From Planctomycetota bacterium (GTDB taxonomy: Bacteria; Planctomycetota; Phycisphaerae; UBA1845), in contig JACQFE010000049.1 in the NCBI GenBank assembly GCA_016200265.1, positions 22,277 through 86,276 of the forward strand: a DNA stretch of 64,000 bases, read 5' to 3'. Both the position numbers and the translations under genes were made by a program. Of this stretch, positions 1 to 9,363 are shown in pieces (position 1 is the first letter of the stretch; every line of letters starts with the position of its first letter). Below the pieces are notes generated by a model. That model saw only the letters and a list, made by a program, of their open reading frames with translations. It was not told where the DNA came from and searched no databases.

Positions 1-1510
1 CCAACGATGACATGATGGCCAATATGTATGCGATTCCGAGCGGTGAGAAGAGACGCCCTTGCAGCCCCGACATTGTCAGCACGGGGATGAACACCGTGGC
101 GACGATGAGCGTGGCGTAGACCACGGCCCCGCGAACTTCCATCGACGCATCGAGCACGACGCGCAATGGATGACGCGGGTGCGGCTGATTGCGGTTCTCA
201 CGCAGTCTTCGGTAGATGTTTTCGACATCGATGATGGCGTCGTCCACGACTTCGCCGATCGCGATGGCCAGACCGCCGAGTGTCATGGTGTTCAAGGTGA
301 TGCCGAATCGATCCATGATGATGACGGCGGTGAGCAGTGAGAGCGGGATCGCGGAGATGGAGATGATCGCACAGCGCAGATTCCATAAAAAAAGGAACAG
401 CACGACAGCGACAAGAACGGCCCCCAGCTCCAGCGAAGAGTTGATGTTGTGAATCGCGTTTTCGACGAACGTGGCGGGCCGATGCAGCCGCGGATACAGC
501 GTAATGTGCTCGGACTCCAGGGCGGGGCGCATTTCTTCCAACGCCTGTTCGACGGCCTCTGTCACTTCCAGCGTGTTGGCTCCGTATTGACTGAGCATGG
601 TGAGCAAAACGCCTGGTTTTCCCATGATCAGGGCGTCACCGAATTTGGGCGCTGCGGCAAAGGTCACATTAGCCACGTCGGCGATTCGAACGGGCTCGCG
701 TCCCTGGGGAGCGATGATCACGGCGCCTAGCTCTTCCGGAGTCGGCGATTGTCCCTCGGTCCGAATCACGATGCGCTGGGCATCTGTTTCCACAAAGCCG
801 GCGCCTCGGATGCCTGTGGCGTTGCGGGCCGCTGCTAGAAGGTCGTCCATTGATACATCGAGTGCCGCGAGGCGATCCGGATTCACCTGGATTTGAAGCT
901 GGCGAACGTTGCCGCCAAAGACGCTGACGACGGCCACCCCGTTCACCGAAAGCAAGCGCGGTCGCAGCGTCCAATCCGCGAATGCGCGAAGTTCAAACGG
1001 CGAAGCGGTGTCGGAGTGAATGCCGAGCTTGAGGAGGTCCATGGTTCCCGACGTCATCGGTTCCATTTTTGGGGCCTTGACTCCCGTGGGAAGCGTTCCT
1101 GCGATGGCGCTTAGGCGCTCGCTCAACAACTGGCGATCGACGAGGATGTCGGTGCCTTCCTGAAAGACGACGGTCAGGACGCACAGACCTTGAATGGATT
1201 GTGAGCGAACGGATTCGACGTGCCCGGCGCCGTTAATCGCGGTCTCGATGGGCCGCGTCACCAGTGCTTCCACTTGCTCGGGAGAAAGGCCCGGCGCTTC
1301 GCATTGAATCACAACCTGTGGCGGGACGAAGTCCGGAAGAACGTCGAATTTGGCGTGTTGTACCGTGTAGAGCCCGAAGAGGATCAGCACGCCGGCGAGA
1401 ATAATAACCACACTGCGGAAGCTGATGGAGATCGCGACGAGGCGCTGGAGAAGGGAAGATCGGCCGTGCTCCGGAGCCGGAAAATCGTCCTGCGATGGGA
1501 CTATTCTCAT
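1..1510 (-). CDS. RND efflux permease, CusA/CzcA-like (first ~500 codons; gene continues beyond window start)
   Basis: Not in the ORF track because it has no stop in the window. My own minus-strand translation from ATG 1510-1508 gives MRIVPSQDDFPAPEHGRSSLLQRLVAISISFRSVVIILAGVLILFGLYTV...TLGGLAIAIGEVVDDAIIDVENIY. This is TM1, a large periplasmic loop and TM2-4 of an RND pump. It starts 16 nt after the adaptor gene stop. Confidence 0.85.
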   Translation of the reverse strand, partial: MRIVPSQDDFPAPEHGRSSLLQRLVAISISFRSVVIILAGVLILFGLYTVQHAKFDVLPDFVPPQVVIQCEAPGLSPEQVEALVTRPIETAINGAGHVESVRSQSIQGLCVLTVVFQEGTDILVDRQLLSERLSAIAGTLPTGVKAPKMEPMTSGTMDLLKLGIHSDTASPFELRAFADWTLRPRLLSVNGVAVVSVFGGNVRQLQIQVNPDRLAALDVSMDDLLAAARNATGIRGAGFVETDAQRIVIRTEGQSPTPEELGAVIIAPQGREPVRIADVANVTFAAAPKFGDALIMGKPGVLLTMLSQYGANTLEVTEAVEQALEEMRPALESEHITLYPRLHRPATFVENAIHNINSSLELGAVLVAVVLFLFLWNLRCAIISISAIPLSLLTAVIIMDRFGITLNTMTLGGLAIAIGEVVDDAIIDVENIYRRLRENRNQPHPRHPLRVVLDASMEVRGAVVYATLIVATVFIPVLTMSGLQGRLFSPLGIAYILAIMSSL

Positions 1511-1526
1511 CGGCGGCTCGCCGGAA

Positions 1527-2792
1527 TTATTCGACACTGGCGGCTTCCTGTTCGATGGCGGCCTTTGCTTCTTCTGAAAGAAGGACCGCGGCGCGAGTCA
1601 CGACGATTGGATCTCCATCGTTAAAGCCGGAGTCCACGAACCAACCTGCAGCGGTTGGATATTTCGTGTCAATCGGTCGCCGGAGATATTGGCCTTCTTC
1701 CACTTGCGCGAAGACCCAGGATCGCCCAAGGTATCGAACCACCGCCGGTCGCGGCACGATAAAACCGGAAAGAGTTTCCGTCGTCGTCGGAAGATACGCG
1801 GTGACGCCGGCGCCGGGTCTTACCGCGACCCCCTGAGCATCGACTGAATACAGGAGTGTGCGACCCTCCAGCCTTCCAGTGTTGGAAATACCCGCGGCGA
1901 CGCGATGCGCATCGAGCGGGTGATCCTCGTTTCCGACAACGACAATCCTCGCTTCGCGCGAAAGTTCGTCGATCACGGTTCCAAACGGCACGGTGATTCT
2001 CGCGATCACGCGTTCGTAATTTGCCACCTTGATGAGAACTTGGCCGGCCTCAACGGCCTCGCCATTGCGACAGTTGCACTCGACCACTTCGCCCGCGCGA
2101 GGAACGCGCAGGGGCATCGATGCAATGCCCAACCCGCCGGTGGACCGCGCCGCCTCAAGTTGAGAGACGACTTGCTTCGCGGCGGCGAGTCGGGCGGATT
2201 CCTGCTTCACGCGAAGATCCGATTCCTCGAAGGTGCGATCGGAAACGAGCTGATTCTCGTTCAGTTTTTTCTTGCTCTCATAGGACAATTGTGCGTTGGT
2301 GAGGGCGGCGGAGGCTTCTGTGACTTCGGCATTGGCCTGCGTGAGGCGCGATTCGACGTCGAGAAATTCGACGGGGCCGAGTCGAGGCTCGATGCGTCCA
2401 ATCGTTGTGGATGCTTCGACTATCTGGCCGATTATTGGTATTGGCGTTGCGTCATCGCCACGGATGATTCCGGCTAATGGCGCTCGAAGTATGAAAATAC
2501 TCGCAGAGTCTTCCTCGAGAACTCCATAGGCAATTGTTTCGGGACGGAATTCCTTCGCGTGCAACTCTTCAACCATGAGCCCCAGCCGAACGCGCACCTC
2601 TTTGGAGAGCTTCACTCCCTTGGGGGCGGTTTCGTCCGGCTTCTTGTCCTCGTCAGGTTTCTCTTTTTCGGCGGACTTGGCGGCTTCACCGCCGGCGTCC
2701 TTGGCGTGGTCGCACGAGGACGTGAAACATCCAATGCCAAGTGCAAAGATTGTGAGCGCGGTGATCCGGATGAGGTCATGGAGATGTCTCAT
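1527..2792 (-). CDS. RND efflux periplasmic adaptor (membrane fusion protein, CzcB/HlyD-like), probable lipoprotein
   Basis: ORF 1527..2855. Likely start is MRHLHDLIRITALTIFALGIGC (signal peptide plus Cys). Has a coiled-coil hairpin (LTQANAEVTEASAALTNAQLSYESKKKL...) and beta-barrel segments. Positioned between the OMF and RND genes. Confidence 0.85.
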   Translation of the reverse strand: MRHLHDLIRITALTIFALGIGCFTSSCDHAKDAGGEAAKSAEKEKPDEDKKPDETAPKGVKLSKEVRVRLGLMVEELHAKEFRPETIAYGVLEEDSASIFILRAPLAGIIRGDDATPIPIIGQIVEASTTIGRIEPRLGPVEFLDVESRLTQANAEVTEASAALTNAQLSYESKKKLNENQLVSDRTFEESDLRVKQESARLAAAKQVVSQLEAARSTGGLGIASMPLRVPRAGEVVECNCRNGEAVEAGQVLIKVANYERVIARITVPFGTVIDELSREARIVVVGNEDHPLDAHRVAAGISNTGRLEGRTLLYSVDAQGVAVRPGAGVTAYLPTTTETLSGFIVPRPAVVRYLGRSWVFAQVEEGQYLRRPIDTKYPTAAGWFVDSGFNDGDPIVVTRAAVLLSEEAKAAIEQEAASVE

Positions 2793-2858
2793 GTCATGTT
2801 CCCCCCTCACATTCATACAGTTTCCCCACTTCCAATTGCATGGTTCGGATTGCACTCG

Positions 2859-3095
2859 CTAGAAGAGCCAGGCCGCCGTCATCTGTCTTGCGAAATCGAC
2901 GAAGAAGTTCGCCAATTCGGTTTGCGTGGGTGGGTTGCATCCGGCGGTGCAGATTGGCAAAACGATAATGATCGCCGCCAAAATGAGCCGTCGCGAGAGA
3001 ATGAACCGGCCCGCGCTCCCCGCGTGACAAACTATGTCACACAAGTCAATCTTGCTGTGCACACTCGATTTTCGTCGATCCGTCGCGCTCTTCAT
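2859..3095 (-). CDS. tiny putative lipoprotein inside the efflux operon
   Basis: 78-aa ORF. It has a hydrophobic segment followed by a lipobox-like ICTAGC, leaving a ~25-aa mature peptide. It overlaps the OMF stop by 4 nt (3092-3095), which suggests translational coupling. I recognise no family. Confidence 0.4.
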   Translation of the reverse strand: MKSATDRRKSSVHSKIDLCDIVCHAGSAGRFILSRRLILAAIIIVLPICTAGCNPPTQTELANFFVDFARQMTAAWLF

Positions 3096-4633
3096 GATGG
3101 GTCTTTTCCGTCGGAGGTCGGCGTTGGCGAAGGCGCGCCGATTCCGTTGTTGATGTCCACTCGTCTGCCGATCGTCCGGCTCAATTCGGTCAAGGCGATT
3201 GCATAATCGCGTTGGGCTGAAATGTAATTGCGGCGAAACGTGAGCCGGCTCTGTTCGGCGTCGAGGACGACGACAATGCCTTGTTCGCCCACGGACATTC
3301 GAGTTCTCGCCATCACCGCGCCGCGTTCGGCCAATGGCATCATCTGATCATGAAACAGAATGACCTGCTCGCGAGCAGCGCGGAGACTTGCCAGCACAGT
3401 CGCGGCATCAAACGCCACCGAGTTCAGCAGTTCCAAGTATTCCTTGTAACGCTGCTCGACGATGAAACGGGCCTTGGCGATCTGGGCCTGATTCTGGTCC
3501 CAGATGGGGATTGGAAGGCTGATTGAAGGTCCAAGCACGGCGTCAATTTCCTGTCGCCGGGCTTGAGCGCGCTGAGCACGGCTCTCGATCCCCGGGGCGG
3601 TCAGGGCACCGTTCGCGACGGACGCTCGTGCCGTGTCTGCGAGGATGCTGCGACCGGGAGTCGCGCGGCGTTCCATGCGCTCGCCCTCCAGCCCCACAAC
3701 AACGGACGGCAGGCGGCGCAGTTTTTGGCGCTCAAATTCAAACTCCGCGGCATTCAGACTCGCCTCGGCGGCCTGAATATCCAGTCGTTCTCGAGTCGCC
3801 TCATCGAGGAGCGCGGAAAATTCCGGCACTTCGCGTGATGGAACGGGGAATTCGCCCTTGATGGAAATCGCTGCATTTCGTCGCGAGAGCCCGAGCATTT
3901 TCGCGAGCGATGCCTGAGTGAGTTCGCGTTCCTTGGTCGCGCTGGAAACTTCAAATCCGGCTTCGATGAATTGAAGCTGGGCATCATTGACCACGCCGAT
4001 ATCAACTTCGCCGGCGGCCGCGCCGCCGCGGGCGGCGTCGAGGCGCTTCTGTCGCAGCTTCAATGTTTCCTGCGCCAACGACTGTGTGTTCTCAGCGGCA
4101 ACCGCGCGATAGACCTGTGCTTCCACGTCGATGGCCAGAGAGGTGGCGCTGCGGGCGAATTCCAGTATGGTGCGTTCTAATTCTGCATGGGCAATTTTCT
4201 TGCGCTTGGGTATTTGCCAAAGATCCGCGATTTCCTGCGAAAGACCGCCGACGATTTTGGCCCTGCCGCCGCCTTCGGGGAGCAATCCCGCCAAAGAGAG
4301 CATTGGATTACTCAGGAGACCGGACTGCACGAGTTCCGCACGCGAAATCCCAATGTTTTGAAAACTAGCCTGAAGCGATGCGTTGTTCAAAAGTGCGACC
4401 TGAATGGCTTTATCGACGGTGAGGCCGTCTTCAAGGAGTGCGTCTACTTTATCTTCGATTGCGTCTTCCGTCGCGGGATCGTAGCTTTCCGCGGCAAGCG
4501 TTCGTGCGCGGATCATCTCCCCGGAACGGTCATAGTCGGGCTTTGGATCAACAGTGGCGCAGGATGGGCAGATCAAAGCGAGAGCGGGGAACATTGCCCG
4601 ACACCTTGTCTTCGCGTGAATGTTGATTCGCAT
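3092..4633 (-). CDS. TolC-family outer membrane efflux protein (CzcC-like)
   Basis: ORF 3092..4738. Probable start is MRINIHAKTRCRAMFPALALICPSC (4633). It has the long two-repeat alpha-helical/coiled-coil pattern of OMFs (LTVDKAIQVALLNNASLQASFQNIGISRAELVQSGLLSNP...). It is the first gene of the C-B-A order. Confidence 0.8.
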   Translation of the reverse strand: MRINIHAKTRCRAMFPALALICPSCATVDPKPDYDRSGEMIRARTLAAESYDPATEDAIEDKVDALLEDGLTVDKAIQVALLNNASLQASFQNIGISRAELVQSGLLSNPMLSLAGLLPEGGGRAKIVGGLSQEIADLWQIPKRKKIAHAELERTILEFARSATSLAIDVEAQVYRAVAAENTQSLAQETLKLRQKRLDAARGGAAAGEVDIGVVNDAQLQFIEAGFEVSSATKERELTQASLAKMLGLSRRNAAISIKGEFPVPSREVPEFSALLDEATRERLDIQAAEASLNAAEFEFERQKLRRLPSVVVGLEGERMERRATPGRSILADTARASVANGALTAPGIESRAQRAQARRQEIDAVLGPSISLPIPIWDQNQAQIAKARFIVEQRYKEYLELLNSVAFDAATVLASLRAAREQVILFHDQMMPLAERGAVMARTRMSVGEQGIVVVLDAEQSRLTFRRNYISAQRDYAIALTELSRTIGRRVDINNGIGAPSPTPTSDGKDPS

Positions 4634-4817
4634 TACAAACGACCAGAGTGCCGGATCGGAAACTGCATTCGCCGCGCGCCAACGCGATTTCAGTGAAACC
4701 ATACGGAGAATGAAAGCGCATGTCAATGAAAACGACACAAGTCAGTTGGCATAAATAGGTAACTTCAAATTGCGTTTGCAGTGCTGGGATTGAGGACGGG
4801 CTGGATTCGTTCTGACA

Positions 4818-6443
4818 TCACTTGCCAAACGTGCCCGGCAGCCGGATCGAGAGGGTGACGAGTTCAGTCAATCGGGAACCGAAAAACAACGTCTTTCGAA
4901 TCATCATGATCAAGCTGGATGCGAGTCCCAATGCGAGCAAGGGTGTCGCTGGTGAAGCGTAGCGCGTTTGCGGGCCGCCGAGAAACGCGGAGACGCCGAT
5001 TTGCAGAATCAGCGCCGTAGCCACGATTGTCCAAAGCCCTCTACGACCCGATGCCAGACCGATGACAATGCCGAGACACGAAATACAAGTGAGCAGCTCG
5101 TATGGCGTTCGACGGATGCCAATGCGTGTCAGCGGATGATTCGCAGCCCGCTCATAGGAAAGAATGCACTTCGTGAATGCGGGAGTCGCGACGCGCGGTG
5201 CCGTTTCCAGGGGAAGGAATTCTGAATATCGAGCCAGTGTCGGTTCCCATGATCCGGCGCCTCGACTGTATGTTTCGATCCCATAGATTTCCGCCCGCGT
5301 GTCGCGCATGCCGTTCACGCCCGGTGCGCCGCCGGGAAGGAATTGAATGACCGGATCGGGCGACATCAGCATCCAGGCCGAGTACTTCACCGTGCCCATC
5401 GCCACCCTCCAGGGATGAGCCATCAACAACTCGCGTCCCGCACGACCCATGACCGCGCTCGATTCGGTAAATGACTGGCCGCGAATCGCTTGGTAGGCCT
5501 TCATCACAATGCCTCGTTCGCGGTAGTTGGCGTCGGGCGGCAGATGACCGTCGCGGATTGCGGCGTTGACGGTGTCGCGAATTTCGCGAAGCGCGGGACT
5601 GGAGTCGTCAGTAAAGTTTTCCGTGGTGACAGCGCGAAAGTAAAGGACATAATCGAGGCATCGAGAGGCCTGCAAACTGTGATGTGATTGGGCGCTGAGC
5701 AGCATCCACGGCGCGGCCACAGCCACCGTCGGTGCGACCGCGATCGCCGCGCGTGAAACGAAAACTCGGAACATTTCCGTGAACGACTTGCTCTTGGTTG
5801 CGTTGCTTGAGCTGACGCAGCGGATCAGAACCGCAATCACGCACACACCAATCAGAATCAAACCTACGGGTCGCAGCAAGTACGCAATGCCAGTCAGGAA
5901 TGAGGCCGCACAAAGCCAGCGTCTGCATCCGCATTGCGCGTATCGAATCAACAAATAGATGCACGCCGTGAAACACAAGGTATAGGGCGTTTCGGTAAGT
6001 GCCATATTTGCGTAGGCGAGCAGTTGCGGGCTACTGGCACAGACGAGGCCGCCAAGAACGGCAATGCGTCGATCTTGAGTGAGCCTCCATCCGATGGCCG
6101 CAGTCAGGATGGCCGTCGCGATCAGCATCAGATGTTGGAGCAGGAGAATCGCCGCGGCGCTGGCCGTGCCAAGTGTCGCAAAACATGCGGCGAGAAAAAG
6201 CGGGTATCCGGGCGTGCGGACGAGATAGAGTTCATTGGTCAGGTCGAAGCTGCGAACGATTCCCCCGGCAAGCTGGATGTAGTCTATCGAATCGGGAAAG
6301 CCCCAGAGATGATTCGAAGCCAACGAAAATGCGTTCGCGGCAATGGCCACAATCGTCGTGAGCCAAAAAACTCGGCGCGGCAAGAATAATTCACGGGTCG
6401 ATTCGGTCGGTTCGCGGTCGGGCTGGATCGGTCTCGTGTTCAT
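4818..6443 (-). CDS. polytopic membrane glycosyltransferase, ArnT/PMT-like (GT-C fold)
   Basis: 541 aa with more than 10 predicted TM helices. The N-terminal pattern (FWLTTIVAIAANAFSLASNHLWGFPDSIDYIQLAGGI...VRTPGYPLFLA) is typical of GT39/GT83-type enzymes. The family call is by resemblance only. Confidence 0.55.
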   Translation of the reverse strand: MNTRPIQPDREPTESTRELFLPRRVFWLTTIVAIAANAFSLASNHLWGFPDSIDYIQLAGGIVRSFDLTNELYLVRTPGYPLFLAACFATLGTASAAAILLLQHLMLIATAILTAAIGWRLTQDRRIAVLGGLVCASSPQLLAYANMALTETPYTLCFTACIYLLIRYAQCGCRRWLCAASFLTGIAYLLRPVGLILIGVCVIAVLIRCVSSSNATKSKSFTEMFRVFVSRAAIAVAPTVAVAAPWMLLSAQSHHSLQASRCLDYVLYFRAVTTENFTDDSSPALREIRDTVNAAIRDGHLPPDANYRERGIVMKAYQAIRGQSFTESSAVMGRAGRELLMAHPWRVAMGTVKYSAWMLMSPDPVIQFLPGGAPGVNGMRDTRAEIYGIETYSRGAGSWEPTLARYSEFLPLETAPRVATPAFTKCILSYERAANHPLTRIGIRRTPYELLTCISCLGIVIGLASGRRGLWTIVATALILQIGVSAFLGGPQTRYASPATPLLALGLASSLIMMIRKTLFFGSRLTELVTLSIRLPGTFGK

Positions 6444-6516
6444 CTCGGCACAAGTGGTTATCGGTCATTCGAGGTGCAGGGTTCAGGCGCGGAACGAACG
6501 CCCCGCACGAAGTGAC

Positions 6517-8388
6517 TCAGGCCACTTTCACCGGCTCGCCGAGATAAGCCTCGATGACCTTGGGATTGTCGCGGATTTCTTCCGGCTTGCCCTGAGCGAT
6601 CATCTCGCCGTGATCGAGAACGATGATCCGCTCGCACACGCCCATCACTACGCGCATGTCGTGCTCGATGAGCAGCACGGCCAATTGAAAACGATCACGT
6701 AGCCGACGAATGAGATCCATCAACTCACTTTTTTCAGCCGGGTTCATGCCCGCCGCCGGTTCGTCGAGACAAAGAACTCGCGGACGCGTGGCCAAAGCTC
6801 TAGCGATTTCGAGACGGCGCTGATCGCCGTAGGGCAGGCTTCCGGCGTTGAGATCGGCCTTGTGCAGCAACCCGAAAATATCGAGCAGTTGCTCGGCGGT
6901 CTGTCTTGTGCGGGCTTCTTCTCGATAAAACTCATTCGTGCGGAGCACGGCCGACGGAACTCCCGTCTTCAAGTGGGCGTGAAGGGCGATGCGAACATTG
7001 TCGAGCACGCTGAGATCAGTGAAGAGCCGTATGTTTTGGAACGTGCGGGCGATGCCCCGGTGATTGATTCGAGCGGGACCCAGTCCCACCAACGAATGAC
7101 CATTTAGAAGGATATTACCCGACGTCGGGCGATACATGCCGGTGATCATGTTGAAGCACGTGGTTTTGCCCGCACCGTTGGGGCCGATGAGGCCAAGGAT
7201 TTCGTGATTCCGCAGCGTGAGATTGAACCCGTTGACCGCGGTCAAGCCGCCGAACTTGATGACGAGATCCTGGCACTCGAGCGCCAGCGGGGCATCCGAC
7301 TTGGGGTTCAGCGTGACAATTCCCGCGTCCGGAGCGGTGCTCTTCGCGGCCTGCGGTTGGGGCCGCCTGCGTCGGAGCCGATTCCAGACATCGCGTATTT
7401 CCCATCGCCCCATGAGTCCCTGCGGACGCAGAACCATGACCAGCACAAGAACGGCAGCATACACGATTGTGCGATATTGTTGTGCGGGTAGATCGCGAAG
7501 ACGTTCGAGCAGGTATGTGAATCCGGCGGAAGCAAGAATGCATCCCGAGAGACTGCCGGAACCTCCAAGAACTACGGGTACGATAATTTCAATGGAGCGA
7601 TCGAAGCGATACACGCCGGGATTCACGGTCAGGATCTGATGGCCCTCCAAAGCGCCCGCGGCGCCGGCGAACATCGAACCGACCAGAAATGCGAGCAGCT
7701 TGTATCGAGTGGTTCGTATGCCGACCGCCATTGAGCCGATTTCGTCTTCACGAATTGCGGGCAGTGCGCGACCGGCCGTCGCACTGACAATGTTTCGTAC
7801 CACAACTATTGCCAGGAGTGCGAGAATCCACGATGACGCAATGTTCACTCCGTTGGCCATGAAGTTGAGCTGGTTGGGAATATAGAAGGCGGTGTCGGCC
7901 GCGGTGCGCTGAATGTAAATCAAAATCAAATTGTAAACAATTTCTCCGAACCCGAGCGTTGCAATCGCGAGATAGTCGCCACGGAGTCGAAGCGACGGAA
8001 TTCCGACGACAATCGAAGCCAGCGCGGCAGCAACCGTACCCACAAGCATTGCCAATGCAAGAAGCGCGCTGCGAAGCAGAATGGCGCTCACAGTCGCGCC
8101 CTCCAGCCAGGCAGGATCAACTCCACCCGTCCAGCGAATGATGACATAACCGCTGAAGAATGCGGAGACGATTGCACCCACCGACATGAAGGCCGCATGT
8201 CCGAGCGAGAATTGGCCTGTGAATCCGATGATGAGACTCAACCCTACGGCGAGAGTAATGTTTAACGCGATCTTAATGAGAATGGCCTGGCGATACGCGT
8301 CAACGCCGGCGGTATCCGCGAAGCACTGCCCGAGGATCGGTACGCCGATGATTGAAGCGATGAAAATGATGTTTCGTAGTTGGCGCAT
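6517..8388 (-). CDS. branched-chain amino-acid ABC transporter, fused LivM-type permease and LivG-type ATPase
   Basis: The N-terminal ~330 aa are polytopic and LivM-like. A linker (RLRRRRPQPQAAKSTAPD) follows. The C-terminal part has Walker A GPNGAGKTT, the signature LPYGDQRRLEIARAL, Walker B LCLDEPAAG and the LivG-type tail IEAYLG. Confidence 0.85.
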   Translation of the reverse strand: MRQLRNIIFIASIIGVPILGQCFADTAGVDAYRQAILIKIALNITLAVGLSLIIGFTGQFSLGHAAFMSVGAIVSAFFSGYVIIRWTGGVDPAWLEGATVSAILLRSALLALAMLVGTVAAALASIVVGIPSLRLRGDYLAIATLGFGEIVYNLILIYIQRTAADTAFYIPNQLNFMANGVNIASSWILALLAIVVVRNIVSATAGRALPAIREDEIGSMAVGIRTTRYKLLAFLVGSMFAGAAGALEGHQILTVNPGVYRFDRSIEIIVPVVLGGSGSLSGCILASAGFTYLLERLRDLPAQQYRTIVYAAVLVLVMVLRPQGLMGRWEIRDVWNRLRRRRPQPQAAKSTAPDAGIVTLNPKSDAPLALECQDLVIKFGGLTAVNGFNLTLRNHEILGLIGPNGAGKTTCFNMITGMYRPTSGNILLNGHSLVGLGPARINHRGIARTFQNIRLFTDLSVLDNVRIALHAHLKTGVPSAVLRTNEFYREEARTRQTAEQLLDIFGLLHKADLNAGSLPYGDQRRLEIARALATRPRVLCLDEPAAGMNPAEKSELMDLIRRLRDRFQLAVLLIEHDMRVVMGVCERIIVLDHGEMIAQGKPEEIRDNPKVIEAYLGEPVKVA

Positions 8389-8397
8389 GATTCCAAT

Positions 8398-9321
8398 CTA
8401 GACTTTTTCCACCGCGACGGAGCCGAGCAACCCACCCGGACGAACCAGGAGAATGAGAATCAGAATGATGAACGCGAAAGCGTCACGAAAATCGCTCAAA
8501 GGGCTGCCCGCGATGTAAGTTTCCGATAGCCCCATGATCAGGCCGCCGAGCACCGCGCCGGAGAGATTTCCGATGCCGCCGACGACGGCCGCCGTGAACG
8601 CCTTAAGCCCTGAATTGATGCCCATCAGCGGATCCACCTGGTGCTGGTACATTCCGACGAATACGCCGGCGATGGCCGCGAGCGACGAGCCAAGCATAAA
8701 CGTAAGCGATGCCACGCGATTGACATTCACGCCCATCAATTGGGCGTTCAGATGATGATAGCTGACCGCGCGGATTCCAAGACCCATTCGCGTCTTCAGA
8801 ATGATGTGTCGGCACACCAGGAGGAAGAAGATGGTTCCGGCAAGGATCAAGACTTGCTCGTACCGAACATTAAATCCACCGACATGGAACGAAGGGGACG
8901 GAAGTTTCACACTCGGAAACGTGCGCGGTCGAGCGCCGAATACGATCGGCAGTTGAAATATGTTCTCGAGCAGAAACGACACGCCGATGGCGGTGATGAG
9001 TGAGTTCAACCGGGGGGCCTTGCGGATCGGGCGATACGCAAACCGCTCAATGCAATAACCAAGCATCATGCACGCGAGAATGGAAAGAACAAGGACCGCA
9101 CAAGCGGTTGCAAGCCCGATCTGATCGTCGGCGGTCTTGTTCCAGCCGAGCAGTGCGGCGGCGCCGAATCCGGTGACCGCACCAACCATGTACACGTCGC
9201 CGTGTGCGAAGTTGATGAAGCGCATGACGCCATAGACGAGGGAATAGCCCAAGGCGATGAGCGCGTAGACGCCGCCGAGGGTTAATCCGTCGATCGTCTG
9301 GGGAATCAACCAGTTAAGCAC
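8398..9321 (-). CDS. livH: branched-chain amino-acid ABC transporter permease, LivH-type
   Basis: 307 aa. Has MLNWLIPQTIDGLTLGGVYALIALGYSLVYGVMRFINFAHGD, the canonical LivH N-terminus. Lies between the livK-like and livM/G genes. Confidence 0.85.
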   Translation of the reverse strand: MLNWLIPQTIDGLTLGGVYALIALGYSLVYGVMRFINFAHGDVYMVGAVTGFGAAALLGWNKTADDQIGLATACAVLVLSILACMMLGYCIERFAYRPIRKAPRLNSLITAIGVSFLLENIFQLPIVFGARPRTFPSVKLPSPSFHVGGFNVRYEQVLILAGTIFFLLVCRHIILKTRMGLGIRAVSYHHLNAQLMGVNVNRVASLTFMLGSSLAAIAGVFVGMYQHQVDPLMGINSGLKAFTAAVVGGIGNLSGAVLGGLIMGLSETYIAGSPLSDFRDAFAFIILILILLVRPGGLLGSVAVEKV

Positions 9322-9363
9322 GACGAAAATCCGATGGGCATGGAAATGCGGATATCGCTGGAA

